Source of the DNA: Akkermansia muciniphila
GTDB lineage: Bacteria; Verrucomicrobiota; Verrucomicrobiia; Limisphaerales; UBA9464
NCBI GenBank assembly: GCA_945861565.1
Contig: CAMAUY010000007.1
Coordinates: 3,116 to 67,115, forward strand
Direction: 5' to 3'
DNA length: 64,000 nt
Position 1 is the first letter of the stretch. Every line of letters begins with the position of its first letter. The notes beneath the pieces are model-generated. The model was given only the letters and a program-made list of their open reading frames with translations. It was not told where the DNA came from and did not search any database. The position numbers and the translations under genes are program-made. Shown piece by piece: positions 8,800 through 17,955 of the stretch.

Positions 8800-9531
8800 C
8801 TAGAGGTTGAACTCCGGGCCCAAGTAGATTTCCCGGGCCTTGGGGTCGTTGACCATTTTTTCGGCCGTCCCTTCGTAAACCACTTCGCCTTTGTAAATCA
8901 GGCAGGCGCGGTCCACGAGCTTCAGGGTTTCACGGACATTGTGGTCGGTGATTAATATCCCGAGGCCCCGTTCCCGCAGGCGGCGGATGATCTTCTGGAC
9001 TTCGTAGACCGCGATCGGGTCAATGCCGCTGAAGGGCTCATCGAGCAGGAGCAGCTTGGGACTGGTCACGAGTGCTCGGGTAATTTCGAGGCGGCGCTTC
9101 TCACCACCGCTCAGTTGGTAAGCGTGACTCTTGGCCAGCCGGCTGAGGTCCAATTCATCGAGCAGATACTGTAGACGGATGCGTCGCTCCGAGGCGGAGC
9201 CCTTGCACGTTTCGAGGATTGCCAGCAGGTTTTGCTCAACCGTCAGCTTGCGGAAGACACTGGGCTCCTGGGTGAGGTAGCCGATGCCCAATCGGGCCCG
9301 CCGATGCATCGGCAATGACGTGATGTCCCGTTCCTGAAGCCACACCCGACCTTCGTCGGGTCGGACGATTCCCACGATCATGTTAAAGCTCGTGGTTTTT
9401 CCGGCCCCATTGGGGCCGAGCAAACCGACGACTTCACCTGGATTGACCGTCACGGAAACGCCATTGACGACCCGGCGGCCCTGGTATTGCTTGACCAGTT
9501 TCTCGACTTTCAGGAGCCGGGGTTCATCCAT
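8800..9531 (-). CDS. lptB: LPS export ABC transporter ATP-binding protein
   Basis: Walker A GPNGAGKTT, signature LSGGEKRRLEI, Walker B LLLLDEPF. It is the last gene of the kdsC-lptC-lptA-lptB order. Confidence 0.85.
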   Translation of the reverse strand: MDEPRLLKVEKLVKQYQGRRVVNGVSVTVNPGEVVGLLGPNGAGKTTSFNMIVGIVRPDEGRVWLQERDITSLPMHRRARLGIGYLTQEPSVFRKLTVEQNLLAILETCKGSASERRIRLQYLLDELDLSRLAKSHAYQLSGGEKRRLEITRALVTSPKLLLLDEPFSGIDPIAVYEVQKIIRRLRERGLGILITDHNVRETLKLVDRACLIYKGEVVYEGTAEKMVNDPKAREIYLGPEFNL

Positions 9532-9567
9532 GGGATTCCGAGGAAGAGTGGCGGGGGAACTGCATCT

Positions 9568-10092
9568 TCATTTTGGCCCCAACGGGTTGGTTTTGGGAAA
9601 GGCTCCCGCGTTAAACTGAATCCGGGGGTTGCCCTTTCCCTGAACCTTTCCCGTGCTCCGATTGAAAATAATTGTATCGGCCCAACTCGATGCTTCCAGG
9701 CGGCGCACCACGGGGTTGTCCCCGGTTAATTCAAAGGTGTCCGTGGCCGCCGAATAGACGGCTCGACCGCACCGGGCCTCGCTGGTCACACCCCCCTCGA
9801 CGAAGGTGACCACAACGTTGGAGGTCGCGATGATGACCTCGATCCGGCGGTTGGTGAGAGACCGTTCCGCGACGAGGTCCTCGCAGGTCAGGTGAAACGA
9901 ACCCGGATCGTCCACCACGACGTTTTCGGACCAGTGCAGCCGACCGGTCTTTAGGTCGTACTCGAACGGGCCGCGGGCGGTAATGTCCACGTTGTTTGTC
10001 GCGGCCGGATTCTTGGATCCAGCCGGTTCGGCAAGGAGCAGTGCGGCCGACAGAAGTCCGCCGAAGCTCAGGGTTGCGTGGACAGCTCTCAT
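9568..10092 (-). CDS. lptA: OstA-like periplasmic LPS transport protein (LptA-like)
   Basis: Signal peptide plus a beta-jellyroll-like repeat pattern. It lies between the lptC-like gene and lptB, and its start overlaps the upstream stop (ATGA at 10089-10092). Confidence 0.6.
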   Translation of the reverse strand: MRAVHATLSFGGLLSAALLLAEPAGSKNPAATNNVDITARGPFEYDLKTGRLHWSENVVVDDPGSFHLTCEDLVAERSLTNRRIEVIIATSNVVVTFVEGGVTSEARCGRAVYSAATDTFELTGDNPVVRRLEASSWADTIIFNRSTGKVQGKGNPRIQFNAGAFPKTNPLGPK

Positions 10093-10667
10093 GGAGAATG
10101 GGGAATTATCGACATCTTTTGGATCACGGTGTGGACCTGGTTAGAAACGACCAGTCGTGAATTCTCCTGGTCCCATTGAAACCCGACGCCTTCGAGAACA
10201 AAGAGACCATCGCCTTGACGGACCCGGATGGGGCCGGGCGATGAGGCCCGCTTGGTCGTCGCGTCGAAAAGGCACTCCGGCGCATCGATCAGCAACTCCT
10301 CGGATCCGTCCTTTTCGCGGAAGGTTTCCATGTGAAAATTTCGAGCCAGGTAGATGGAAATCCCCTGCGGAACCGCCTCGGCGGCCGTGAAGTGAGCCAC
10401 ATTGCGGTCCCCTTCTCGATGGTAGAAACTTAGCCGCCGGCCCACCGCAGGCGCGTTGGCCGGCGTTTGCCCCGTCAAAATTCCGGCCGCGATCAGGACG
10501 GCGCACACGCTGGTCCCGACATGATCGCGACGACGCGCGGAAAAATTCCGCGGGGCGCCTGCGGGCAGGGAGGTGGAGGAACGCGACAGCACAGTGTGTG
10601 AGGCAGCACCGATCCGGTACCGATCGGTTTCCTTGGACAGTGACGGCAAGACTGAGTTCAACGCCAT
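10089..10667 (-). CDS. LptC-like membrane-anchored LPS export protein
   Basis: Single TM (VCAVLIAAGIL) followed by a beta-rich domain. The call is based mainly on operon position. Confidence 0.45.
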   Translation of the reverse strand: MALNSVLPSLSKETDRYRIGAASHTVLSRSSTSLPAGAPRNFSARRRDHVGTSVCAVLIAAGILTGQTPANAPAVGRRLSFYHREGDRNVAHFTAAEAVPQGISIYLARNFHMETFREKDGSEELLIDAPECLFDATTKRASSPGPIRVRQGDGLFVLEGVGFQWDQENSRLVVSNQVHTVIQKMSIIPHSP

Positions 10668-10694
10668 CCTTAAGCGGTGAGGAGCACAGGGGTT

Positions 10695-11231
10695 TCACTC
10701 GGAAAACTTCGCGATCAACGGTTCCCATTTACCCTGAGCGCGCAGTAACAAGTCCACAATTTCCCGGACGGCCCCACGGCCACCCGCAAGGCGGCAGACG
10801 TAGTGGGCCGCGGCACGAACTTCCGGGATGGCGTCGGCGGGCGCCACCGCGACGCCCGCTCGCTTCATGGCACCGAGGTCGACCACGTCATCGCCCATGT
10901 ACAGGACCTCTGGCCACGCGACGCCCGTTTGAGCGAGCAGCTCCTCGATCAGGCCCACCTTGGGTTTGGTCGACTGGCGAACGAAATCGATCTTGAGATC
11001 ATTGGCTCGCTCGGTCGTGGCGGTCGAGGGGCGAGCGGAAATCCAGCCCACCCGAATATCTGCCGACTGGAGCAGGCGCAGGCCGAAGCCGTCGCGAATG
11101 TGAAACGGCTTCGCTTCAAAGCCCTCCCCCATGATCACGGTGGCGTCGGTCAGAACACCATCCACATCACAGACAAAAAACTTGATGCGGCGAAGACCGG
11201 CCAGCAGGTAGGGAGGGATTTCGGGGAGCAT
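10695..11231 (-). CDS. kdsC: 3-deoxy-D-manno-octulosonate 8-phosphate phosphatase (HAD-IIIA)
   Basis: Start moved to ATG 11229-11231 (MLPEIPPYLL...). HAD motif I FVCDVDGVLTD, and motifs GDDVVDL and GGRGAVRE as in KdsC. Confidence 0.8.
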   Translation of the reverse strand: MLPEIPPYLLAGLRRIKFFVCDVDGVLTDATVIMGEGFEAKPFHIRDGFGLRLLQSADIRVGWISARPSTATTERANDLKIDFVRQSTKPKVGLIEELLAQTGVAWPEVLYMGDDVVDLGAMKRAGVAVAPADAIPEVRAAAHYVCRLAGGRGAVREIVDLLLRAQGKWEPLIAKFSE

Positions 11232-11287
11232 GGGGCGATCAAAAGAGAACAGGAAAGCAAAGGATGGGCACGCCCTGCCACCCATGG

Positions 11288-12256
11288 CTAGCCCAGTTTT
11301 TCCGCCACAAACGTTTCCAATTTGACGGTGTCGACCGCGAACAATCGAATACCCTCCGCCAATTTGTCGGTCGCCATCGCATCCTCGTTATGCATCCAGC
11401 GAAACGCCTTTTCATCGAGGGAAATCTTCGCCTGCGGCTCCCTCCCCGCCAAAGTGGAGTCGAGCTTTCGCGCGAGCACGCCCTCCGCGCGCTGCAATTC
11501 TTCGAGTAGCGCCGGGCTGATCGTGAGCAGATCGCAGCCCGCCAGCTCCATGATTTCGCCCGTGCTCCGAAAGCTCGCACCCATCACTTCGGTTCGGTAT
11601 CCGTGCTGCTTATAGTACGCGTAAATCCTCCGGACAGACTGCACCCCCGGGTCGTCGGCTCCGGGAAACTCTTGGCCCGGGCTATTTTTCTTGTGCCAGT
11701 CGAGGATGCGGCCGACGAAGGGAGAAATGAGCTGAACGCCCGCCTCGGCACACGCCACCGCCTGCGCAAAGCTGAACAACAGCGTAAGGTTGCAGTGAAT
11801 CCCGTCCGCCTTTAGTTGTCGTGCGGCCTGCACACCCTCCCAAGTGGAGGCAAGTTTGATCAGGATCCGTTCCCGGCCGATGCCTGCCGCCTGGTATCGC
11901 GCAATCAAGCTGCGCGCCTTCACCACGGAGGCCTCGGCGTCAAAACTCAGGCGGGCATCGACCTCGGTGGAGACGCGATGGGGGACAATCTTGAGAATTT
12001 CCAGACCGAAAGCGACGGCAAGGCGATCGAGCGCAATCGCCACCGGATTCCCATTCCCGCTTGCGCCCGCCTCCTGTTTTGCCTCGGCGAGGGTCCGGGC
12101 AACCAGATCGGCGTACTCGGGCATCGTGGAGGCCTTGAGCAGGAGGCTGGGGTTGGTGGTGGCGTCTCGGGGTTGGTACTTCCGCATGGCGGAAAAATCA
12201 CCGGTGTCCGCGACAACAATGCTTTGCTGTTTCAGTTGGGAAAGAAGATCGGCCAT
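11288..12256 (-). CDS. tal: transaldolase
   Basis: 322 aa. Motifs [16 protein letters not shown] and [11 protein letters not shown] (catalytic Lys region). Confidence 0.9.
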   Translation of the reverse strand: MADLLSQLKQQSIVVADTGDFSAMRKYQPRDATTNPSLLLKASTMPEYADLVARTLAEAKQEAGASGNGNPVAIALDRLAVAFGLEILKIVPHRVSTEVDARLSFDAEASVVKARSLIARYQAAGIGRERILIKLASTWEGVQAARQLKADGIHCNLTLLFSFAQAVACAEAGVQLISPFVGRILDWHKKNSPGQEFPGADDPGVQSVRRIYAYYKQHGYRTEVMGASFRSTGEIMELAGCDLLTISPALLEELQRAEGVLARKLDSTLAGREPQAKISLDEKAFRWMHNEDAMATDKLAEGIRLFAVDTVKLETFVAEKLG

Positions 12257-12407
12257 GGCGAGAGAGTACCCGCTGGGCCCGCGGATTCAAGGAGCGCCGG
12301 ATGCGTCCCCAGCCGTTGGGCTGCCGGGTGGGAGACAAAAATGTTCGAGGCTCTGCAACACAAGAAGCTCCCGCAGGTTAGCAATCCAATGGCGCTGGGA
12401 TTTCGTC

Positions 12408-12540
12408 GTCATCCCGGAGGGACGGCGGAGTGCATCTCGTCGGGCGTCCCTTCGGGACTCTGACGTGAATAACGCCCAACCCGGCGTTGAAACGCCGGGC
12501 TATTGTCGTCTGTCCCTTCGGGACCCTGGAGATTGGCCAT
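12408..12540. repeat. family D plus family C repeat copy
   Basis: gtcatcccggagggac ... ccggcgttgaaacgccgggctattgtcg ... gtcccttcgggac, followed by cctggagattggccat. Matches 868-942 and 829-863. Confidence 0.75.
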
Positions 12541-12582
12541 TTTTTAGCGCGTGTGTCCCCGATGACAGTCGGCATTTAGAAA

Positions 12583-12815
12583 AGCCGCGGAGCGGCGACA
12601 GACCCTAGCCCACGGCGCGAGCCGTGGGGATGGCGTTCGAACAAAACGGTAGCCCCGTCAGGGGCGACAGAGCGGGAGGATAGCGCCTTGTGCCAAATGC
12701 TCTGTCGCCCCTCCGGGGCTTGCGTGCGGTGTACCCGGGAACCCATGGCTGACGCCATGGGCTACGTTCTGACGGCACTCCGCGCCTCCGGAGTATGCCA
12801 CAGCAAGCCGATGCC
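12583..12815. repeat. family-B nested-palindrome repeat, full copy
   Basis: Shares gcggagcg.cg...tagcccacggcg.gagccgtggg ... ggggcgacagag ... ctctgtcgccc ... cccatggc.gacgccatgggcta ... ccgcgcctccgga with 31904-32060 (opposite orientation) and 61625-61839. Confidence 0.8.
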
Positions 12816-12904
12816 GAGCGGAAATTAGTCGGAGATTTTGCACGCGAAGAAAATGGCCCGTTTTTGAATTGAATCAGATTTTGCCCGGCACCGTGTGCTG
12901 CCCG

Positions 12905-13062
12905 GTGCATCCCGATGTTGTCGGAGACGGTAGCGGACGCCGCGCTGCGGCGTCCCCGCGCCGTTAAGGCGCATCACGAACCGCGCAGCGCCCTGTCCGC
13001 CGGCTGGACGCGGGCGGGGTTGTCGCAGCGCGACAACCTCTACCGACAACATCGGGATGCAC
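12905..13062. repeat. family-A structured repeat, full copy in inverted orientation
   Basis: Perfect 20-bp terminal inverted repeats gtgcatcccgatgttgtcgg / ccgacaacatcgggatgcac. The interior is the reverse complement of 1773-1931. Confidence 0.85.
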
Positions 13063-13190
13063 GGTGTGCTGCCAGAGCCCTCAAAAAGACCTAGCGCCAA
13101 TCCCTTGCCAACGGTACCGTGAAAAACAGATTGCGAGACATCCGATGTAGTCACCGACGCCGCGTGATCGTGCCATTGATTTAGTTTCCT

Positions 13191-14528
13191 ATGCTTAATC
13201 TGCTCGGCCAATCAAACCGCTTTTGCGACGGGCTTACGCGCCGGAATTTCCTCCGGATCGGCACGCTGGGCATGGGCGGGCTGACGTTGCCACAGTTGCT
13301 TCGCGCCGAGGCCGCGTCCGGCATCCGCTCGGGGCACAAAGCGGTCATCATGATCTACCTTCCGGGTGGACCGCCCCATCAGGACACTTTCGACCTCAAG
13401 CAAGACGCACCCGCCGAGATCCGCGGTGAATTCAAGCCGATCCCAACCAACGTTCCCGGCATTCAGATTTGTGAGCATCTGCCGCAACTCGCGAAGATTG
13501 CCGACCAGTACACCCTTATCCGCTCCATCTCCGACGCGGTGGATGACCATTCAGACTTCATGTGCCAGACCGGCCGCCGCAAAGGCAACCAACCCCCCGG
13601 AGGTTGGCCCACGTTCGGTGCGTCCGTGTCGCGGCTGCTGGGTCCGGCAGACCCATCCGTTCCCGCCTTCATCGGCCTGGAACCACGGATGCAGCACCGA
13701 CCCTACAACGCGGCGAGGGCCGGTTACGCAGGCGTGGCGCACGATGCCTTCCGTCCCGCCGCGGACGCCAAGTCCGATATGGTGCTCAATGGCATCACGA
13801 CCGAACGGCTCGCGGACCGTCGCGCGCTGTTGACGGCCTTCGACCAGTTCCGTCGTGACGTGGATTCGAGCGGGCTGATGGCGGGACTTGACGGCTTCAA
13901 CCAACAGGCGTTTGGCATGTTGACGTCGAGTCGCCTGCTCGAAGCGCTCGACCTGAAGCGCGAGGACCCGAAGCGGCTGGAACGTTACGGCAAGGGCGAT
14001 GCAAAAATCCACGGCGATGCCGCGCCCATGTTGAACGAGCAGTTTCTCGTGGCCCGCCGGTTAGTCGAGGCCGGCGCACGCTTCGTCACGGTCGCCTACG
14101 GTTTCTGGGATTATCACGGCAACAATTTCGGCAACGCGCGCAACGACCTGCCGTTGCTCGACCAGGGCGTAAGCGCTTTGCTGGAAGACCTGCGCCAGCG
14201 CGGCCTCGACAAGGACGTAAGCGTGGTCATGTGGGGCGAGTTTGGTCGCTCGCCCACCATCAACAAGGACGCCGGACGCGACCACTGGCCACGCGCAAGC
14301 TGCGCCCTGCTTGCAGGCGGCGGCATGAAGCTCGGCCAGGTTATCGGCGCGACAGACCGCCTCGGTGGCGAGCCCAGTGAACGCCCGGTTCAGTTTGGTG
14401 AAGTCTTCGCAACGCTCTACCAACGCCTCGGCATCGACGTCAACAAGGTGACAATTCCCGACCTGACCGGACGCCCGCATTTCCTCGTGGACAATGGCTG
14501 CCAGCCGATCCGCGAGTTGGTGGGATAA
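13191..14528 (+). CDS. DUF1501 domain protein (sulfatase-like fold, Tat-type signal)
   Basis: 445 aa. Motifs TRRNFLRIGTLGMGG, IYLPGGPPHQDTFD, GEFGRSP...DHW. Paralog of 43605..44972. No DUF1549/1553 partner is adjacent. Confidence 0.85.
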   Translation: MLNLLGQSNRFCDGLTRRNFLRIGTLGMGGLTLPQLLRAEAASGIRSGHKAVIMIYLPGGPPHQDTFDLKQDAPAEIRGEFKPIPTNVPGIQICEHLPQLAKIADQYTLIRSISDAVDDHSDFMCQTGRRKGNQPPGGWPTFGASVSRLLGPADPSVPAFIGLEPRMQHRPYNAARAGYAGVAHDAFRPAADAKSDMVLNGITTERLADRRALLTAFDQFRRDVDSSGLMAGLDGFNQQAFGMLTSSRLLEALDLKREDPKRLERYGKGDAKIHGDAAPMLNEQFLVARRLVEAGARFVTVAYGFWDYHGNNFGNARNDLPLLDQGVSALLEDLRQRGLDKDVSVVMWGEFGRSPTINKDAGRDHWPRASCALLAGGGMKLGQVIGATDRLGGEPSERPVQFGEVFATLYQRLGIDVNKVTIPDLTGRPHFLVDNGCQPIRELVG

Positions 14529-14639
14529 TTGAGGGCAAACCTAACAGCCGCCGTTGGAAATTATCCGGCAGCCGAACCCATTCGATCGAAAGAGTCTCAG
14601 GATTCCTGATATCGCAGCGAGACTTTTTACCGACTTGGA

Positions 14640-15105
14640 AAAAGCATGACACCGGTAGGCCCATCACCCCTGCCCTCTCCCCACATCGGGTGTGGGGAGA
14701 GAATCCACCGAACTCAACAGTGCGCGCCGTGATGCCATGAACCGTTGCAGGAAAGAGATTTGCGCGCTTTCCAGAGCGCGATTCCGGAGCACCCCCCTCA
14801 CCCGGCCTGCGGCCACCCTCTCCCCCCGCTCGGAGCGGGGGAGAGGGCAGGGTGAGGGGGCGGTTCATGGGCAGGAAAGTTTTCCAAAGAATGGACATGA
14901 ATTGTGACCATGAACCGCGCTCCGTGCGTCCCGGCACATAGGTCGGTGTGCTGTTCGTCGCCATCGACGGACGAAGGACGAAGGACGAGGACGAGGACGA
15001 GGGCGAAAGCGCCGCAATGGGGTCCTTCAAATCGTCCTCGTCCATCGCGCTCGTTCTTCGTCCTCGAATTGGGAAATGGAGTCGGTTCATGGGTAGTGGA
15101 TTCAA
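14640..15105. repeat. composite family-E repeat block (hairpins plus acidic-codon palindrome)
   Basis: Contains tctccccacatcgggtgtggggaga; ccctctccccccgctcggagcgggggagaggg flanked by cccctcaccc/ggtgaggggg; cggttcatgg/ccatgaaccg inverted repeats; and gacgaaggacgaaggacgaggacgaggacgagg...cgtcctcgtcc...cgttcttcgtcctcgaatt. The last module recurs at 46447-46630. Confidence 0.75.
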
Positions 15106-15371
15106 TCTGAACTGCAGTACTGAATAGGAAAATACAAAGATTGTCTCTTCAGACGTTGCTTCATTTCGTGACCACCTCCGTCACAAAGTCGAGCAACGCC
15201 TTCGTCGCCGGATCATCGGGCAGAAAAAATGACAGGTTAAATATTGTCAAAAATCAGTCCATGATTTGGCATGGGTTGAACCGAAATCCATTGGCGGTAT
15301 AGCATGCGATTCGCATGGGAACGCCTGCTTGAGCTTCCGGATCGGGCAGAGCATTGTTTCTACTCAATTAC

Positions 15372-17204
15372 ATGAATAGAAGGGGCTTTCTTAAAAGTAC
15401 TGCGGTGATGCCACTGCTTCCCGTCGTTGCGTCCCAGGCGCTGACACATTCCGCCAGGGGAGCAGTCGCGCAGTCTCCGGCTCGGCGCGTCCGTCCCGGG
15501 GACTCGTCGTGGCCTACCGAGACGGATTGGAGCAAACTGAAGCGAGTCGTTGAAGGACGCTTGATCCGGATCGAGCCGCCATTCGCCGCGTGTCCGAAGG
15601 ATCCTAACGGCGCGGCTTGCCTGGAAATTCTTAACCGGCTGAAGAATCCCTACTATATCGGCGACCAACCCGGCCTGACGCAGACTTCCGGATGGGTGGA
15701 TGGGTGGATGTCTGCGCCGAGCGTCTATGCGGTCGCGGCCGCGAAGGTGGAAGACGTGGTTGCGGCGGTGAATTTTGCCCAGGAGAAAAACCTGCGTCTG
15801 GTCGTCAAGGGCGGCGGCCACAGCTACAAGGGCACCTCCAGTTCGGCGGATTCCCTGCTCATCTGGACACGGGCCATGAATGAAATTGTCCTGCACGACG
15901 CGTTCGTTGCGCAGGGTTGCGCGAGGATTCAAAAACCCCAGCCGGCAGTCACCGTTGGGGCGGGCACGATTTGGAAAGAGGCCTACGATGCAGTAACCAC
16001 GAAAGCGGGTCGCTACGTTCAAGGCGGGGGATGCACGACGGTTGGCGTCGCGGGGTTGGTCCAAAGCGGCGGGTTCGGTAGTTTTTCGAAGAATTATGGA
16101 ATGGCCGCGGCGGCACTGCTGCAAGCAGAGGTGGTGACCGCGGATGGAACGGTTCGCGTCGCCAATGCCAGCGTGAACCCGGACTTGTTCTGGGGCCTCA
16201 AAGGCGGAGGTGGGGGCAGTCTCGGCGTGGCAACGAAGCTAACACTCAGGACGCGGGAACTTCCTGAGTATTTTGGTGGAGTGTTCGGAACGATTCAGGC
16301 CAGGTCGGATGCGGCCTGCCGGCGGCTCATTGTCCGCGTTGTCCGTTTCTACGAGGAACAACTGTTTAACCGGCATTGGGGCGAGCAGATAATTTTTGAG
16401 CCGGGGAACAAAGTCCGAATTTCAATGGTTTACCAGGGACTGGATCGTCGACAGGCCGAAGGAATCTGGCAGCCGCTGGTGGATTGGGTGACGGGTTCAC
16501 CCGAAGAGTTTTCGTTCAGAGAGCCGCTGCAGGTGGTGGACATTCCCGCTCGCCGTTTCTGGGACGCCGCCTACTTGAAGAAAAAGTTTCCACAATTCAT
16601 CGTCGTCGATGACCGGCCAGGCGCGCCGGAAGGCAACGTGTTTTGGGCGGGCGACCAGGGACAGGTTGGTCACTTTCTCCACGGTTATCGATCCGCCTGG
16701 CTGCCGGCTTCGTTGCTGAAACGGGAATCACAAGGCCGCCTGGCGGAAGCGCTCTTTGCCAGCGGTCAGCGTTGGGGAGTTTCCCTCCATTTTAACAAGG
16801 GTCTCGCCGGTGCGGGTGCGGACGACTTGGCAGCGGCCCGCGACACGGCCACGAATCCCGCAGTGCTGGATGCTTTCGCCCTCGCGATCATTGCAGGCGG
16901 TGGACCGCCGGCATTTCCGGGTATGACAGGACCCGCACCCGATCTGGAGGAGGCGCGGCGGCGAGCGCGGGTGATCAACGTCGCGATGGACGAATTGCTG
17001 AAGATTGCGCCAAACCCAGGCTCCTACGTCTCGGAAAGCGATTTCTTCGAGCGTTCATGGCAGCAATCGTTTTGGGGGCCGAACTACGCGAAGCTGGCCG
17101 CCGTGAAACGAAGGTATGACCCCACTGGACTTTTCTTCGTCCACCAAGGGGTGGGGAGCGAAGAGTGGAGCGCCGATGGCTTTGTGCGCCTGGCTGGACG
17201 CTAG
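15372..17204 (+). CDS. Tat-exported FAD-linked oxidase (PCMH-type FAD-binding domain with berberine-bridge-like C-terminus)
   Basis: Start taken at ATG 15372 (MNRRGFLKSTAVMPLL, a twin-arginine motif). FAD_binding_4-like LRLVVKGGGHSYKGTS, and a C-terminal YDPTGLFFVHQGVGSEEW BBE-like motif. Confidence 0.75.
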   Translation: MNRRGFLKSTAVMPLLPVVASQALTHSARGAVAQSPARRVRPGDSSWPTETDWSKLKRVVEGRLIRIEPPFAACPKDPNGAACLEILNRLKNPYYIGDQPGLTQTSGWVDGWMSAPSVYAVAAAKVEDVVAAVNFAQEKNLRLVVKGGGHSYKGTSSSADSLLIWTRAMNEIVLHDAFVAQGCARIQKPQPAVTVGAGTIWKEAYDAVTTKAGRYVQGGGCTTVGVAGLVQSGGFGSFSKNYGMAAAALLQAEVVTADGTVRVANASVNPDLFWGLKGGGGGSLGVATKLTLRTRELPEYFGGVFGTIQARSDAACRRLIVRVVRFYEEQLFNRHWGEQIIFEPGNKVRISMVYQGLDRRQAEGIWQPLVDWVTGSPEEFSFREPLQVVDIPARRFWDAAYLKKKFPQFIVVDDRPGAPEGNVFWAGDQGQVGHFLHGYRSAWLPASLLKRESQGRLAEALFASGQRWGVSLHFNKGLAGAGADDLAAARDTATNPAVLDAFALAIIAGGGPPAFPGMTGPAPDLEEARRRARVINVAMDELLKIAPNPGSYVSESDFFERSWQQSFWGPNYAKLAAVKRRYDPTGLFFVHQGVGSEEWSADGFVRLAGR

Positions 17205-17388
17205 TGAGCCAGGGCGTTATTGAGGGCCCTCTTCTCGGAGGGCGAACACGGGTAATTCAGGGCGACTGTTGTCGCAAGATCAGTCAAAAATCTTCTAAGG
17301 AAATCGGGACTCCTGTGTCTTAAGTCTGAAGGCACAGAATGACGAGCCATCCAATCGCAAGGATCGGGACGACACGCAGTTTCCTGCA

Positions 17389-17955
17389 GTGGGAATCAAT
17401 CGCATGGCTTTGACGCTGTCAGCAGAACCCGTGGAATTCCCGCCCATCGAATCGATCGAGGAACTGTTCGCAACCCTGGAAGGTCCCTTGCTGGGGTATG
17501 CCCGTCGTTTGCTGCCCGACTCCAATGTGGCGGAAGACATCGTCCAGGAAGCATTCATGAAGCTGCATGCGCAGTGGGCCGGGGTGCGCACGCCGCGGAG
17601 TTGGTTGTATCGCACGGTGCATAACCTCGCCCTCAACCATCGGCGCGACTCTTCGAAAATCATTCCAATGACACCGCAGGGCGATGAGCCGGATGGAAGC
17701 GATGATCTCCCGGATCCAGGACTTCGACCCGACGAACAGTACGCGCGGGACGAAGGTGCCGGATTGGTGCGGGAGAGCTTAAAAAAGCTGGACGCGTCCA
17801 GCCAGGAGCTGATCCGGCTCCGATTCACGGAGAGCCTTTCGTATCAACAAATCTCGGAACGAACCGGGGTGTCCGTTGGCAACGTGGGTTACCGGCTGCA
17901 TCACTCGCTCAAATCCCTCGCTGCCGGGCTCGCACGGGCCGGCCTTATTTCATGA
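17389..17955 (+). CDS. ECF-type RNA polymerase sigma-70 family factor
   Basis: Region 2 (AEDIVQEAFMKLHAQW...WLYRTVHNLALNHRR) and region 4 (LSYQQISERTGVSVGNVGYRLHHSLKSL). The start may be GTG 17389 or ATG 17404. The stop overlaps the next start (ATGA at 17952-17955). Confidence 0.85.
   Translation: MGINRMALTLSAEPVEFPPIESIEELFATLEGPLLGYARRLLPDSNVAEDIVQEAFMKLHAQWAGVRTPRSWLYRTVHNLALNHRRDSSKIIPMTPQGDEPDGSDDLPDPGLRPDEQYARDEGAGLVRESLKKLDASSQELIRLRFTESLSYQQISERTGVSVGNVGYRLHHSLKSLAAGLARAGLIS

Noticed and set aside
14440-15105. 221-aa minus-strand ORF.
   Set aside because: It is composed of family-E repeat hairpins and an acidic-codon palindrome, and it overlaps the 3' end of the DUF1501 gene. It is a repeat translation, not a gene.
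15161-15232. Minus-strand reading ..FFLPDDPATKALLDFVTEVVTK-stop, resembling the end of a protein. Considered as a gene remnant.
   Set aside because: It spans only ~24 codons before an upstream stop, with no start. That is too short to assign.
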